A DNA stretch of 63,852 bases, the filler included. It is 5 parts of 5 records of this genome, joined end to end, with 100 filler letters (N's around TTAATTAATTAA, not from the genome) between each part and the next. Parts side by side here need not be neighbours in the genome. Positions count along the whole stretch, not along the records: positions 22,796 to 35,356 come from DRR723986_11342; positions 35,457 to 51,167 come from DRR723986_11364; 3 more parts are not named here. The stretch is one strand, 5' to 3'. Positions 32,218 through 42,524 of the stretch are shown one piece after another. The notes below the pieces were generated by a model that was not told the DNA's origin, did not search any database, and saw only the letters and a program-made list of their open reading frames with translations. Position 1 is the first letter of the stretch; every line of letters begins with the position of its first letter. The translations under genes were made by a program, and so were the position numbers.

Positions 32218-33231
32218 CTAGATCACCGGCGCATAAGACGGATCGACCAGAACATCGCTGGTAATGCTGTCCTTGATCAAACCCTCGGACTTCATCCAGC
32301 CCAACTGATCTTGGACCGACTCCATATTCAGGCCCGCATTCTTGTTGATCCGCATCGCGCCATTGCGAATGGATTTCTCGGCCTTTTCGTAGGGCTTGTC
32401 CGCGTAAACGTATTTGTGGATCAGCTTGACCATCTCGGTCGCACCGTCATCCCCGGCCGTTTTGTCCACTAGCGCTGCATTGAAATCATCGGCACCTTTG
32501 GAGAAAGCACGCAGGAAAGCCTCGGTTTTGGCTCGTTCGTTGGCCGCATTGGCCGCCGAGGTAAAGACTGTGGTGACCTGATAGTTCGGGATATAATCCG
32601 CAACATTGCCGATGATCTGAACCGCACCAGCACCCGCCAGACCTTTGGCGATATGGGGGACAATCGACCAAGCATCCACTTGCCCCGATTTCAACGCGCC
32701 GATAATCGCACCCACTTTTTGCAGCGGCTTGTATTTGACTGCGACGCCTTCTGCTTCGGCAATCTTTGCGCCCATGTAATGGAACGACGACCCAACCTGC
32801 GTGACGGCAAAGTTTTTGCCTGCCAAGGCTGCAGGACTCGTCAGGCCTGCTTCAAAAGCAGCGTTTGAGGCCAGAATTTTCTGACCATCAATACCTTTCT
32901 CTTCGCTCAGCGCGCCGCCAATAACCTTGGTGGCGCCCTTTTCCGCCAAGCTGACCAAGCCGCCCGAAATCGCTGTAACAGCGTAATCGGCATCGCCCGA
33001 CGCAATCGCAACCGCCATCGGCTGCGCCGCTTGGAAAAATTTAAATTCAACGTCCAATCCTTCGGCTGCGAAATACCCGCGCTCAAACGCCACAAAGGAT
33101 GCGGCGTGGCTTGTAAACCGCAATGCACCCACTGTCATCTTTTCATTGGCCAATGCAGGCGAGCCCAACATCGGTAATGCTGCTGCGCCGCCAACCAGCC
33201 CCAACGCGCCGCGTCGTGTAAAGGTGTTCAT
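32218..33231 (-). CDS. NitT/TauT/SsuA-like substrate-binding protein with Tat signal
   Basis: TRRGALG twin-arginine signal; A.ERGYF..EGLDVE motif. Confidence 0.9.
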   Translation of the reverse strand: MNTFTRRGALGLVGGAAALPMLGSPALANEKMTVGALRFTSHAASFVAFERGYFAAEGLDVEFKFFQAAQPMAVAIASGDADYAVTAISGGLVSLAEKGATKVIGGALSEEKGIDGQKILASNAAFEAGLTSPAALAGKNFAVTQVGSSFHYMGAKIAEAEGVAVKYKPLQKVGAIIGALKSGQVDAWSIVPHIAKGLAGAGAVQIIGNVADYIPNYQVTTVFTSAANAANERAKTEAFLRAFSKGADDFNAALVDKTAGDDGATEMVKLIHKYVYADKPYEKAEKSIRNGAMRINKNAGLNMESVQDQLGWMKSEGLIKDSITSDVLVDPSYAPVI

Positions 33232-33350
33232 GATATCTCTCCCCGTCAAATTTCCGTATCACATTAAGACTTTGTTTTTTCCCGACGCAATGCCGGAATT
33301 GGCGTTTAAGCGTTCGCCCCCGCTTTGTGCGGCCTAAGGGTTTCGATCCC

Positions 33351-33998
33351 CTAGCTTACCAACAACCGCAAACCTTGGGTCACATCCGATCGCACTGCCA
33401 GCCGCAGCCCCGGCTCATCACCGGCCTTGAGCGCGGCGATAATCAACTTGTGGTAATGCGGCGGTTCCGTCCGGCGCAAGCGCCCGTAAAGCGCGCGCAT
33501 CGTCGGGCCCAGTTGCAACCAAACCGTTTCCGCCATGGCCAGCATCGCCGGAGCCTGTGCCCGCAGGTAAAGTGTACGATGGAACTCGAGATTTGTACGA
33601 ATGTATCCCACCGCGTCCCGCTTGGTCACCATTTCCGCCACGTTCATGTTGATGGTCTGCAGCCTGTCTATCAAGGCCATATGGGCCCGTGGCAAAGCCC
33701 GACTGGATAGTTCGACCTCAAGCAACGCGCGCAAAGCAGCCAGTTCTTCGATCCGGTCATTGGACAACTCTGGCGTCGAAACACGACCGGACGACGATAG
33801 AAACAGCGCCCCTTCGGCAACCAATCTGCGCACCGCTTCACGCGCTGGGGTCATTGAGACGTCAAATTCCTTGCCAATCCCGCGCAACGTGAGCGCAGCA
33901 CCCGGTGCAATTTCACCATGCATGATGCGTGTTCTAAGGCTGCGGTATACCCGATCATGGGCCGCTGTGGTTTGATCTGCTGAGCGAGAATTGAGCAT
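33351..33998 (-). CDS. GntR (FCD) family regulator
   Basis: VSMTPAREAVRRL HTH; NLEFH FCD motif. Confidence 0.93.
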   Translation of the reverse strand: MLNSRSADQTTAAHDRVYRSLRTRIMHGEIAPGAALTLRGIGKEFDVSMTPAREAVRRLVAEGALFLSSSGRVSTPELSNDRIEELAALRALLEVELSSRALPRAHMALIDRLQTINMNVAEMVTKRDAVGYIRTNLEFHRTLYLRAQAPAMLAMAETVWLQLGPTMRALYGRLRRTEPPHYHKLIIAALKAGDEPGLRLAVRSDVTQGLRLLVS

Positions 33999-34040
33999 AC
34001 TTCCTTGTGATCACAAAAAGAGAAGCCGTCAACAGACCCT

Positions 34041-34724
34041 TTATGCGAACCTGTACTGATGCAATGTGCTGCCCTGACTGCGCAGCCAGTGTCTGGGGCC
34101 TGAATACGGGCCGTGGATCCGCTCGACCTGTGCCCAGAATTTCGCGGAATGGTTCATTTCGGCCAGATGCGCGACCTCATGCGCTGCCACATATTGCAAC
34201 ACCCCCGGCGGCGCCAGGATCAACCGCCAGGAAAACATCAACGCCCCCTGCGACGAACACGACCCCCACCGGGATCTGGTATCGCGCAGAGTGATCTTGG
34301 AGTAGGATCTACCCAACACATCGGCGTAATGATCCGCAGCATCCACAAGACGATCTCTGGCCCGTTCTTTCAGGAACCGTTCGAGACGGCGTGCAACGGC
34401 ATCTTCGGGAACCGCGACCTCGTCCACGTCCAAAACGACTCGCCGCCCCTGCGCCGAAACGATCTGGCGCAGATGCCCTTCGATCGGAATATCGCTGCCG
34501 AGCGCAACAACGCTGCTATCGACGCTATTCTGCAGATGTGACCTGATCCAATCCGCTTTCTCATGGGCGAATTTCAGGGCCTCCTTTTCGGAAACCCCGT
34601 TGGGCATAGTCAGGGTCACACGCCCATCCAACTGCGACACCCGCAAACTGATCCGAACGGCGCGGGCGGAACGCCGCAGCGTCAAAGGCACCAAAGGCTG
34701 CCCTGGTAGGTCGTATTGGCCCAT
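34041..34724 (-). CDS. YgjP/DUF45 (M48-like) metal-dependent hydrolase
   Basis: SRWGSCS and HEVAH..MNHS..FW motifs. Confidence 0.9.
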   Translation of the reverse strand: MGQYDLPGQPLVPLTLRRSARAVRISLRVSQLDGRVTLTMPNGVSEKEALKFAHEKADWIRSHLQNSVDSSVVALGSDIPIEGHLRQIVSAQGRRVVLDVDEVAVPEDAVARRLERFLKERARDRLVDAADHYADVLGRSYSKITLRDTRSRWGSCSSQGALMFSWRLILAPPGVLQYVAAHEVAHLAEMNHSAKFWAQVERIHGPYSGPRHWLRSQGSTLHQYRFA

Positions 34725-34825
34725 CTTTACGGCTCCTTTACGCTAAAGGCTTTGACAGTCTCCACGTCATATGGCACGTGACCTGAATCGTCGATACGAC
34801 TCACCAGATATCAAGGGGGTTTCAC

Positions 34826-35155
34826 ATGCCCAAGGAAGAATGGGGTGTAAAGCGCGTTTGCCCCACCACCGGCAAGCGTTTTTACGACCTGAACAAAGAC
34901 CCGATCGTCAGCCCCTATACAGGCGAGATCGTGGAAATGAATCTCGGCAAGAGCCGGATGATCGCTGCTGACGCAGAGGATGCCGCAACGCTGAAAGCAA
35001 AACAGAACATCGACGAAGAAGACGTCGTACTGGATGATGACGACGACGCCGTTGACGTCGATCTGGGCGATGATGTTCTGGACGATGAAGATGACAGCGA
35101 TACCGTTCCTCTGGAAGAAATTGCTGACGTCGCATCCGAAGATGACGATTCCTAA
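34826..35155 (+). CDS. TIGR02300 (FYDLN_acid) family protein
   Basis: WGVKRVCP..GKRFYDLN followed by an acidic tail. Confidence 0.93.
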   Translation: MPKEEWGVKRVCPTTGKRFYDLNKDPIVSPYTGEIVEMNLGKSRMIAADAEDAATLKAKQNIDEEDVVLDDDDDAVDVDLGDDVLDDEDDSDTVPLEEIADVASEDDDS

Positions 35156-35326
35156 GTTTGCTCCGAGAGCGGCCTGAAAACTGCTCTCGGAACCACTGCC
35201 TTGCAAAGCAATTTGTAGGGGGATGGGCACGCAAAAAGATTTTTCATTCGAACAAACTTTTTGACTTGCCATCCCGCGCGGCGTTTCATAAATGTCCGCT
35301 CACCGCAGACGCGGTACACTGGTTTA

Positions 35327-35356
35327 GGGGCCTTAGCTCAGTTGGGAGAGCGCTTG
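35327..35356 (+). tRNA. tRNA-Ala, 5' fragment (probably the GGC isoacceptor); cut by contig end
   Basis: GGGGCCTTAGCTCAGTTGGGAGAGCGCTTG; the CTTG anticodon-stem start fits Ala(GGC). The anticodon itself is not visible. Confidence 0.88.
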
Positions 35357-35456
35357 NNNNNNNNNNNNNNNNNNNNNNNNNNNNNNNNNNNNNNNNNNNN
35401 TTAATTAATTAANNNNNNNNNNNNNNNNNNNNNNNNNNNNNNNNNNNNNNNNNNNN
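35357..35456. other. Artificial contig spacer
   Basis: N44-TTAATTAATTAA-N44. Confidence 0.99.
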
Positions 35457-35771
35457 CACCGCATTGGCGCCCGCGTTGACATACATGTCGAACACGCTGG
35501 CGTGCAGCGCCTCGGGCAGTTCGGCGATGCGGGGCCGCAGGAAGTAATGCGTGAGGAAGATCTCGACCGCCTGCTCATATCCCAGCCGCTTGACGTCTTC
35601 TGCGTCCACGTCGCCATCCCGGTCGAGGTCCAGCCCCAGCCGCAGCATGGTATGGATCGTGACGCCGTATTTCGTCGCCCCGCCGGGATCGTCCGGGTCG
35701 TTCACATAGCCGCCCTCGCGGGCGACGATCTGTTCGGCCAGCGACCGAACCCTGCTTTGGAATGTCGACAT
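35457..35771 (-). CDS. Holin-associated N-acetylmuramidase (GH108; GTA-type endolysin), 3' truncated
   Basis: REGGYVNDPDDPGGATKYGVT and FDMYVNAG motifs; AGGAG RBS ahead of ATG 35771. Confidence 0.9.
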
Positions 35772-35911
35772 TCTTGTGCTCCTGCTCGAAGGGTTTTCGA
35801 CCGGGTGGAGCATCCTCCGCCGTCCTTAACCAATCCTCCGAGAAGCGCACGGTGCCTGACCCGGCCCACGCGGCGGGCTGTTGCCGCCCGCGGTCGGGAT
35901 CGTGCAGGGAC

Positions 35912-35947
35912 AAAAAAACGCCCGGACACGAGGTCCGGGCGCCTTTT
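35912..35947 (-). terminator. Terminator after the PRC-barrel gene
   Basis: CGCCCGGAC/GTCCGGGCG stem with T7 on the minus strand (T4 on the plus strand). Confidence 0.85.
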
Positions 35948-35964
35948 GCAGTCTGATCAGACCG

Positions 35965-36648
35965 TTACATGGTGGAGTCGTAGGCTTCCATGTCCGTCAG
36001 CTGGTCGCTGGTGTAGGGCGTCACGACGGCGTAGGAGTCTTCGTCGATCGGCACCAGCTTGAAGTCGGAGGTCGGCAGCATCACGAACTTGTCGCCGATG
36101 CCGAGGAAACCGCCCACTTCGGCCACGATGCCTTCGATCTTGCCTTCCGAGGACAGGACGATGTCCTGGATGGAGCCGATGCGCTCCCAGCCTTCGCCGA
36201 CGGCGTCGTAGGAGGCGGTGCCTTCCCAGTTCTCGTCAGCTTCGTCCACGGTGGTGGTGTAGACCACGCCGCCGGTGATCGCGCTCACGGGCACCATGCC
36301 CTGAATGCCGAGCGAGCCACCCATGGAGCCGTCAGCGGCTGCCATGTCGGTGTCCGTTGCCATCGGCTCTGCCGTATCGGCCATCGCCGGATCGTCGCCT
36401 TCGAGGGCGGGATCGACGGCTTCGGAGTCCGCCATGTCGGCGTCAGCGTCTTCGGCTGCGGGGTCGGCGGCGTCAGCGTCCGCCATATCGGATTCGGCTG
36501 CCGGGTCGACCGCGGCATCCGTGTCGGCCTGAGCCGTGGCTGCCGGTTCGTCGGTCGGCAGAACGGTGCCGTCCTCCGCCTCTGCCTGAGCGAGGGCGTA
36601 CATCGGTGCAAGGGCTGCCACGGCGGTGGTCATGAGAAAGCGTTTCAT
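35965..36648 (-). CDS. Secreted PRC-barrel protein with acidic low-complexity linker
   Basis: Signal peptide; IGSIQDIVL...VAEVGGFLGIGDK motif. Confidence 0.88.
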   Translation of the reverse strand: MKRFLMTTAVAALAPMYALAQAEAEDGTVLPTDEPAATAQADTDAAVDPAAESDMADADAADPAAEDADADMADSEAVDPALEGDDPAMADTAEPMATDTDMAAADGSMGGSLGIQGMVPVSAITGGVVYTTTVDEADENWEGTASYDAVGEGWERIGSIQDIVLSSEGKIEGIVAEVGGFLGIGDKFVMLPTSDFKLVPIDEDSYAVVTPYTSDQLTDMEAYDSTM

Positions 36649-36683
36649 GTCTAGTCTCCCAGTGTTGGTCGTGATGCCATGGA

Positions 36684-36709
36684 AACTGCACTGAAACGCG
36701 AAGTGTTCC
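36684..36709 (-). promoter_or_regulatory. EcfG/sigmaT-type promoter candidate
   Basis: GGAAC-N17-AGTT about 35 nt upstream of the PRC-barrel ATG. Confidence 0.45.
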
Positions 36710-36738
36710 CGGGTATATTTTTCAACCGTAACGGAACT

Positions 36739-38322
36739 TCACGATGCCTTGTGCGTATGCACGAACTTCAGCAGGGCGGCGGTGGAGCCGTCCTTGCCGG
36801 TGGCCTCCGCCTCGCCCCGCACGAGCGGCCCCAGAGCGGTCGCAAGCTCCTTGCCAAGCTCGACCCCCCATTGATCGTAGGAGTTGATCCCGAGGATGAC
36901 GCCTTCGACGAAAACCCGATGTTCATAGAGCGCCACGATCTTGCCCAGCGTCTCGGGGTCGAGCAGCGGGTAGATCAGCGTGGTCGAGGGGCGGTTGCCC
37001 GGAAACACCCGGTGCCGCGCCTGCCGCTCCAGCTCTGCACCCTCGAACTGGCCCGCGACCTTGGCGCGCGCCTCCTCCAGCGAGCGGCCGCGCATCAGCG
37101 CCTCCGACTGGGCGAGGCAGTTGGCCACCAGCAGGTCGTGGTGATGGCGCAGGTCCGGCTCGTGGCCCTGCGCGGCCACCATGAACTCGCAGGGGATCAC
37201 CCGCGTGCCTTGGTGGATCAGCTGGTAGAAGGCGTGCTGGCCGTTGGTGCCGGGTTCACCCCAGACCACGGGGCCGCTGTCGAAGGGCAGATCGGCGCCG
37301 TCCATGCTGACGCCTTTGCCATTGCTCTCCATCTCGAGTTGCTGAAGGTAGGCGGGCAGACGGCTGAGGCGGTTGTCATAGGGCAGCACCGCGCGGGTGG
37401 CATGGCCCAGCACCTGATTGTGCCAGATGCCGACGAGCGCCAGCAGCACCGGCATGTTCGCCTCCAGTGGAGCCTCGACGAAATGCCGGTCCATCGCCTG
37501 CGCCCCCCGCAGGAAAGCGGTGAACCCCTCGGGGCCGATCGCCAGCATCAGCGACAGGCCGATGGGCCCCCAGACGGAATAGCGCCCGCCGACCCAATCC
37601 TCGAAGCCGAAGCAACGCTCCGGCGGGATGCCGAAGGCCCCGGCCTTTGCCACGTTGGATGACAGCGCGATGAACTTGCCCTCTTCGCCCACGCCCTTGT
37701 CCGCAAGCCAGCGCTTCGCCGTCTCGGCATTGGTCATGGTCTCGATGGTGGTGAAGGTCTTCGACGCGACGATGAAGACCGTCCGCTCGGGGTCGCAGCG
37801 CCGCAGCGTATCGGCGATATCCGCCCCGTCGACGTTGGACACGAAGTGGCAGCGCGGCCCGTCGTGATAGGGCGCCAGCGCCAGCGTCGCCATGACGGGT
37901 CCAAGGTCGGAGCCGCCGATGCCGATATTGACCACGTCGGTCACGTCGGAACCCCGGATCTCGACCGCCAGCGCCTCCATCCGGGCGAGCGTCTCCAGCA
38001 CCTCGGGCATGACGTCCCGGCCCTCGACCAGCACCGGGCGCGCGTCAAGATTGCGCAGCGCGGTGTGCAGGACGGCGCGGCCCTCGGTCTCGTTGATCTT
38101 CTGACCCGCGAACATGGCATCGCGGCGCGCGGCCACCTCGCGGCTTTCGGCAAGCTCCAGCAGCGCGGCAAGACTGCCCGCGTCGATCTGCGTCTTGGCG
38201 AAGTCGAAGCGCATCCCCAGCGCCTCGAGGCTGAAGGCCTCGGCCCGCCCGCCGTCCGCGAACAGATCCTCGATGCGGCGATCCCCGATGGCGGCCGCCC
38301 GTGTTTTCAGCGTCTCGAACAT
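36739..38322 (-). CDS. pgi: Glucose-6-phosphate isomerase
   Basis: [37 protein letters not shown] and DQWGVELGK motifs. Confidence 0.98.
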   Translation of the reverse strand: MFETLKTRAAAIGDRRIEDLFADGGRAEAFSLEALGMRFDFAKTQIDAGSLAALLELAESREVAARRDAMFAGQKINETEGRAVLHTALRNLDARPVLVEGRDVMPEVLETLARMEALAVEIRGSDVTDVVNIGIGGSDLGPVMATLALAPYHDGPRCHFVSNVDGADIADTLRRCDPERTVFIVASKTFTTIETMTNAETAKRWLADKGVGEEGKFIALSSNVAKAGAFGIPPERCFGFEDWVGGRYSVWGPIGLSLMLAIGPEGFTAFLRGAQAMDRHFVEAPLEANMPVLLALVGIWHNQVLGHATRAVLPYDNRLSRLPAYLQQLEMESNGKGVSMDGADLPFDSGPVVWGEPGTNGQHAFYQLIHQGTRVIPCEFMVAAQGHEPDLRHHHDLLVANCLAQSEALMRGRSLEEARAKVAGQFEGAELERQARHRVFPGNRPSTTLIYPLLDPETLGKIVALYEHRVFVEGVILGINSYDQWGVELGKELATALGPLVRGEAEATGKDGSTAALLKFVHTHKAS

Positions 38323-38327
38323 GTCTC

Positions 38328-39005
38328 TCACTCCGCCCAATGGACCGTGGCGCCGTTCAGCACCGCATTGATCGGCGCCTCATGCGCCGGCTTTCCCCGC
38401 GCGCCTTCCAGCGCGCGCCGTTTTTCTGCGCCGAAGATCAGCACATGCTTGTGGATCGCCCCGTTCAGCACGCGCGCCGACAGCGTCACGCGCGTCTCTT
38501 CGGCCCCCGGCGCGCGGACCGGCACCAGCACCGGCGCATCCGGGGCCAGCGCCGCGGCCAGCGTGTCGCCGCCCGGAAACAAGGAAGCGGTGTGCATGTC
38601 GGCGCCCATGCCCAGCAGCAGCACATCGACCGGAAGCTCTTCCTCGATGGGGGCCGCCAAGGCGGCCAAGGCCCCCTCGGGTGCGTCCGCCGGCGCATAC
38701 AGGGGCAGATGGCGCGCCCGCGCCGCGCGCCCCGTCAGCAGGCGGAACTTGAGCAGCGCGGTGTTCGACCGGGCGCTGTCCTCGGGGACCCAGCGTTCGT
38801 CCGACAGCATCACGTCCACCCTGCCCCAGTCGAGATCCGCCGCGCAAAGGTCGTCGAAGACCGGACCCGGTGAGGTCCCGCCCGGCACCGCCAGCAGCAC
38901 GCGGTCCTCATGGGCCAAAGCGGCGCGCAACTCTCCGGCGATCCGGTTGGCCAGATCCATGACCAGCATCTCCCGGTCCGGATAGTTCTGGAAATCGTAG
39001 CTCAT
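38328..39005 (-). CDS. pgl: 6-phosphogluconolactonase
   Basis: PGGTSP, DERWV...SN and [14 protein letters not shown] motifs. Confidence 0.96.
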   Translation of the reverse strand: MSYDFQNYPDREMLVMDLANRIAGELRAALAHEDRVLLAVPGGTSPGPVFDDLCAADLDWGRVDVMLSDERWVPEDSARSNTALLKFRLLTGRAARARHLPLYAPADAPEGALAALAAPIEEELPVDVLLLGMGADMHTASLFPGGDTLAAALAPDAPVLVPVRAPGAEETRVTLSARVLNGAIHKHVLIFGAEKRRALEGARGKPAHEAPINAVLNGATVHWAE

Positions 39006-39072
39006 GCCTTGTCCTCCCGCGGTGCCCCTGCAGGTCTCGGCGTCCCGGTGCGGCCTGTCAACCGTCGCGTCC

Positions 39073-40521
<1,449 letters not shown>

Positions 40522-40575
40522 GGGGTCGCTGCCTTTGCTGCCTTGTGGCGTCGGCGCGGGCCCCTCCCGGGGCCT

Positions 40576-40589
40576 CGTTAGCGCTAACG
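40576..40589. promoter_or_regulatory. LacI-family operator upstream of zwf
   Basis: Perfect 14-bp palindrome CGTTAGCGCTAACG with the LacI-type central AGCGCT, 55 bp upstream of zwf. Confidence 0.75.
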
Positions 40590-40708
40590 CAGTCCGTCTC
40601 GGGTGATCTAGACCATGTTGCGGCGAAAGTCTAACACCCATGTTGCCCGCCACAATGGCGTCGGGAAAAATTCTTCCGCTGGGCACGCGCCCCCGCCGGC
40701 AGCGCCGG

Positions 40709-40902
40709 AAAAAGACGCAGTCCGGAGGGGTGGCGCGGTCAGCGTCGAGGCTGCTGCTGCCGGGACATACGAACTGCCCCCCGTTGTAACGAAGCGCTGG
40801 ACGGAACCCTCGCCGGGCTGGATTGCGGCCACTCTTACCAAGGCGCCCGAGTCCCGTGCTCCCGGCGGCTCCGGAGGCGCTGCCCGACTGCCGCTCTCCA
40901 CC
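40709..40902 (-). ncRNA. Candidate structured non-coding RNA (family not recognised)
   Basis: Nested complementary segments, plus a hairpin with a C-rich loop and a U5 tail at 40709-40746. See findings. Confidence 0.45.
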
Positions 40903-40989
40903 CTGCCGCAATCCGGCAAACCGCCGCCTGCCCGCTTGCAAGGCCGTGCCGCCCGTGCGACCACAAAGGCCAACAAGACCGAGGTGCGC

Positions 40990-41931
40990 ATGTCCCCCCG
41001 CAAGATCATCATCGACACCGATCCCGGTCAGGACGACGCCGTCGCGATCCTGCTCGCCCTCGCCTCTCCGGAAGAGATCGAGGTGCTGGGCATCACGACC
41101 GTCGCGGGCAACGTGCCGCTCGACCTGACCACGCGGAACGCCCGCATCGTCTGCGAACTGGCCGGTCGGCCGGACACCCGCATCTTCGCCGGCTGCGACC
41201 GGCCGCTGCAGCGCCCGCTCGTCACCGCCGAACACGTCCACGGCAAGACCGGGCTGGATGGCCCCACCCTGCCGGACCCCGAGATGCCGGTCGAGGACAC
41301 CCATGCCGTCGATTTCATCGTCGACACCCTGCGACGCGAACCGGCGGGCACGGTGACGCTCTGCCCGCTCGGGCCCCTGACGAATATCGCCACGGCCTTG
41401 CAACGCGCCCCCGATATCGCCGGGCGCATCCGCGAGATCGTCCTGATGGGCGGCGCCTACTTCGAGGTGGGCAACATCACCCCCACGGCCGAGTTCAACA
41501 TCTACGTGGACCCGGAGGCCGCCAAGCTGGTCTTCGGCGCCAGCGTGCCGCTCACCGTCATGCCTCTGGACGTGACGCACAAGGCCCTCGTGACCACGGC
41601 CCGGAACGAAGCCTTCCGCGCGCTCGGCACGCCCGTCGGGCTGGCGGTCGCCCAGATGACCGACTTCTTCGAGCGCTTCGACAAGGAGAAATACGGCTCT
41701 GACGGGGCGCCCCTGCACGATCCCTGCGTGACGGCCTTCCTGATCCGGCCGACGCTTTTCTCGGGTCGCCATGTCAACGTGGAGATCGAGACCGAAAGCG
41801 CCCTGACGCTGGGCATGACCGTCGCCGATTGGTGGGGCGTGACCGACCGGGCGCCCAACGCCACCTTCATCGGAGAGATCGACGCGGACGGCTTCTTCGC
41901 GCTGCTGACCGAGCGGCTGGCGCGGCTGTGA
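40990..41931 (+). CDS. Inosine/uridine-preferring nucleoside hydrolase
   Basis: DTDPGQDD, VHGKTGL, AEFNIYVDPEAA and LHDP motifs; GAGG RBS ahead of ATG 40990. Confidence 0.95.
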   Translation: MSPRKIIIDTDPGQDDAVAILLALASPEEIEVLGITTVAGNVPLDLTTRNARIVCELAGRPDTRIFAGCDRPLQRPLVTAEHVHGKTGLDGPTLPDPEMPVEDTHAVDFIVDTLRREPAGTVTLCPLGPLTNIATALQRAPDIAGRIREIVLMGGAYFEVGNITPTAEFNIYVDPEAAKLVFGASVPLTVMPLDVTHKALVTTARNEAFRALGTPVGLAVAQMTDFFERFDKEKYGSDGAPLHDPCVTAFLIRPTLFSGRHVNVEIETESALTLGMTVADWWGVTDRAPNATFIGEIDADGFFALLTERLARL

Positions 41932-41950
41932 CGACCGGAGGGCCTTGCCG

Positions 41951-42397
41951 ATGAAGTCGCTGCATCTGGCCGGTGAAGAGGACGGCGACAAGCTCTTGCC
42001 GCTCGTGGCGGCGTTCCATGCGGAAATGGGCTTTGGCACCGACGCCGAGCACCAGATGAACGCGATCGCGCCGCTGCTTGCGGGCTCGCCCCACGGAGCG
42101 GCATGGCTGATCGGCCCCCGGCGCGCTCCGGTGGGCTACATCGTCGTGACCTTCGGCTGGTCGGTGGAATTCGGCGGTCTCGACGCCATCGTCGACGAAC
42201 TCTACATCCGCCCCGCCGTGCGCAAGCGTGGCATGGGGTTCGAGGCCCTCAACGGCATCTGCAAGGCCCTGAAGGACGGCGGCGTCCGCGCGCTTCATCT
42301 CGAGGCGGACAAGACCGATCCCGCCGCGGTGCGCTTCTACGGGCGCGCGCGCTTCGCCCCCCGCGACGGGCATCTTCTGATGAGCCGCGTGCTTTGA
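41951..42397 (+). CDS. GNAT family acetyltransferase
   Basis: DELYIRP..RKRGMG and FY.RARF motifs. Confidence 0.9.
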   Translation: MKSLHLAGEEDGDKLLPLVAAFHAEMGFGTDAEHQMNAIAPLLAGSPHGAAWLIGPRRAPVGYIVVTFGWSVEFGGLDAIVDELYIRPAVRKRGMGFEALNGICKALKDGGVRALHLEADKTDPAAVRFYGRARFAPRDGHLLMSRVL

Positions 42398-42524
42398 GGG
42401 GATCAAGGCTTTGCGACGCAAAGCCTTGCCCACGCAGAGGTCGCGGCGCATCGTCCGGCCACCGCGCGACGCGCCCGCACCGGAGGTTCTGGCACAGAGG
42501 GCACCGCGCCCCTATATCCGGGGC

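Noticed and set aside
35327..35771. tRNA next to a lysin as a prophage attachment site
   Set aside because: The two features are on different contigs separated by a spacer and differ in composition.
40770..40845. Resemblance to a cobalamin riboswitch (ACTGCCCCCCG..TGTAA, GCCACT) or to a tRNA-Ser 5' end (GGAGGGGTGGC)
   Set aside because: It lacks AGGGAA, GCAACTGT and the B12 box, and has no T-arm or cloverleaf. Kept only as an unassigned RNA candidate.
40615..40989. N-terminal extension of the nucleoside hydrolase in the ORF track (similar extensions on selO, DUF533, the ligase and paaG)
   Set aside because: Family-typical starts lie downstream, supported by an RBS, promoter or stop/start overlap.
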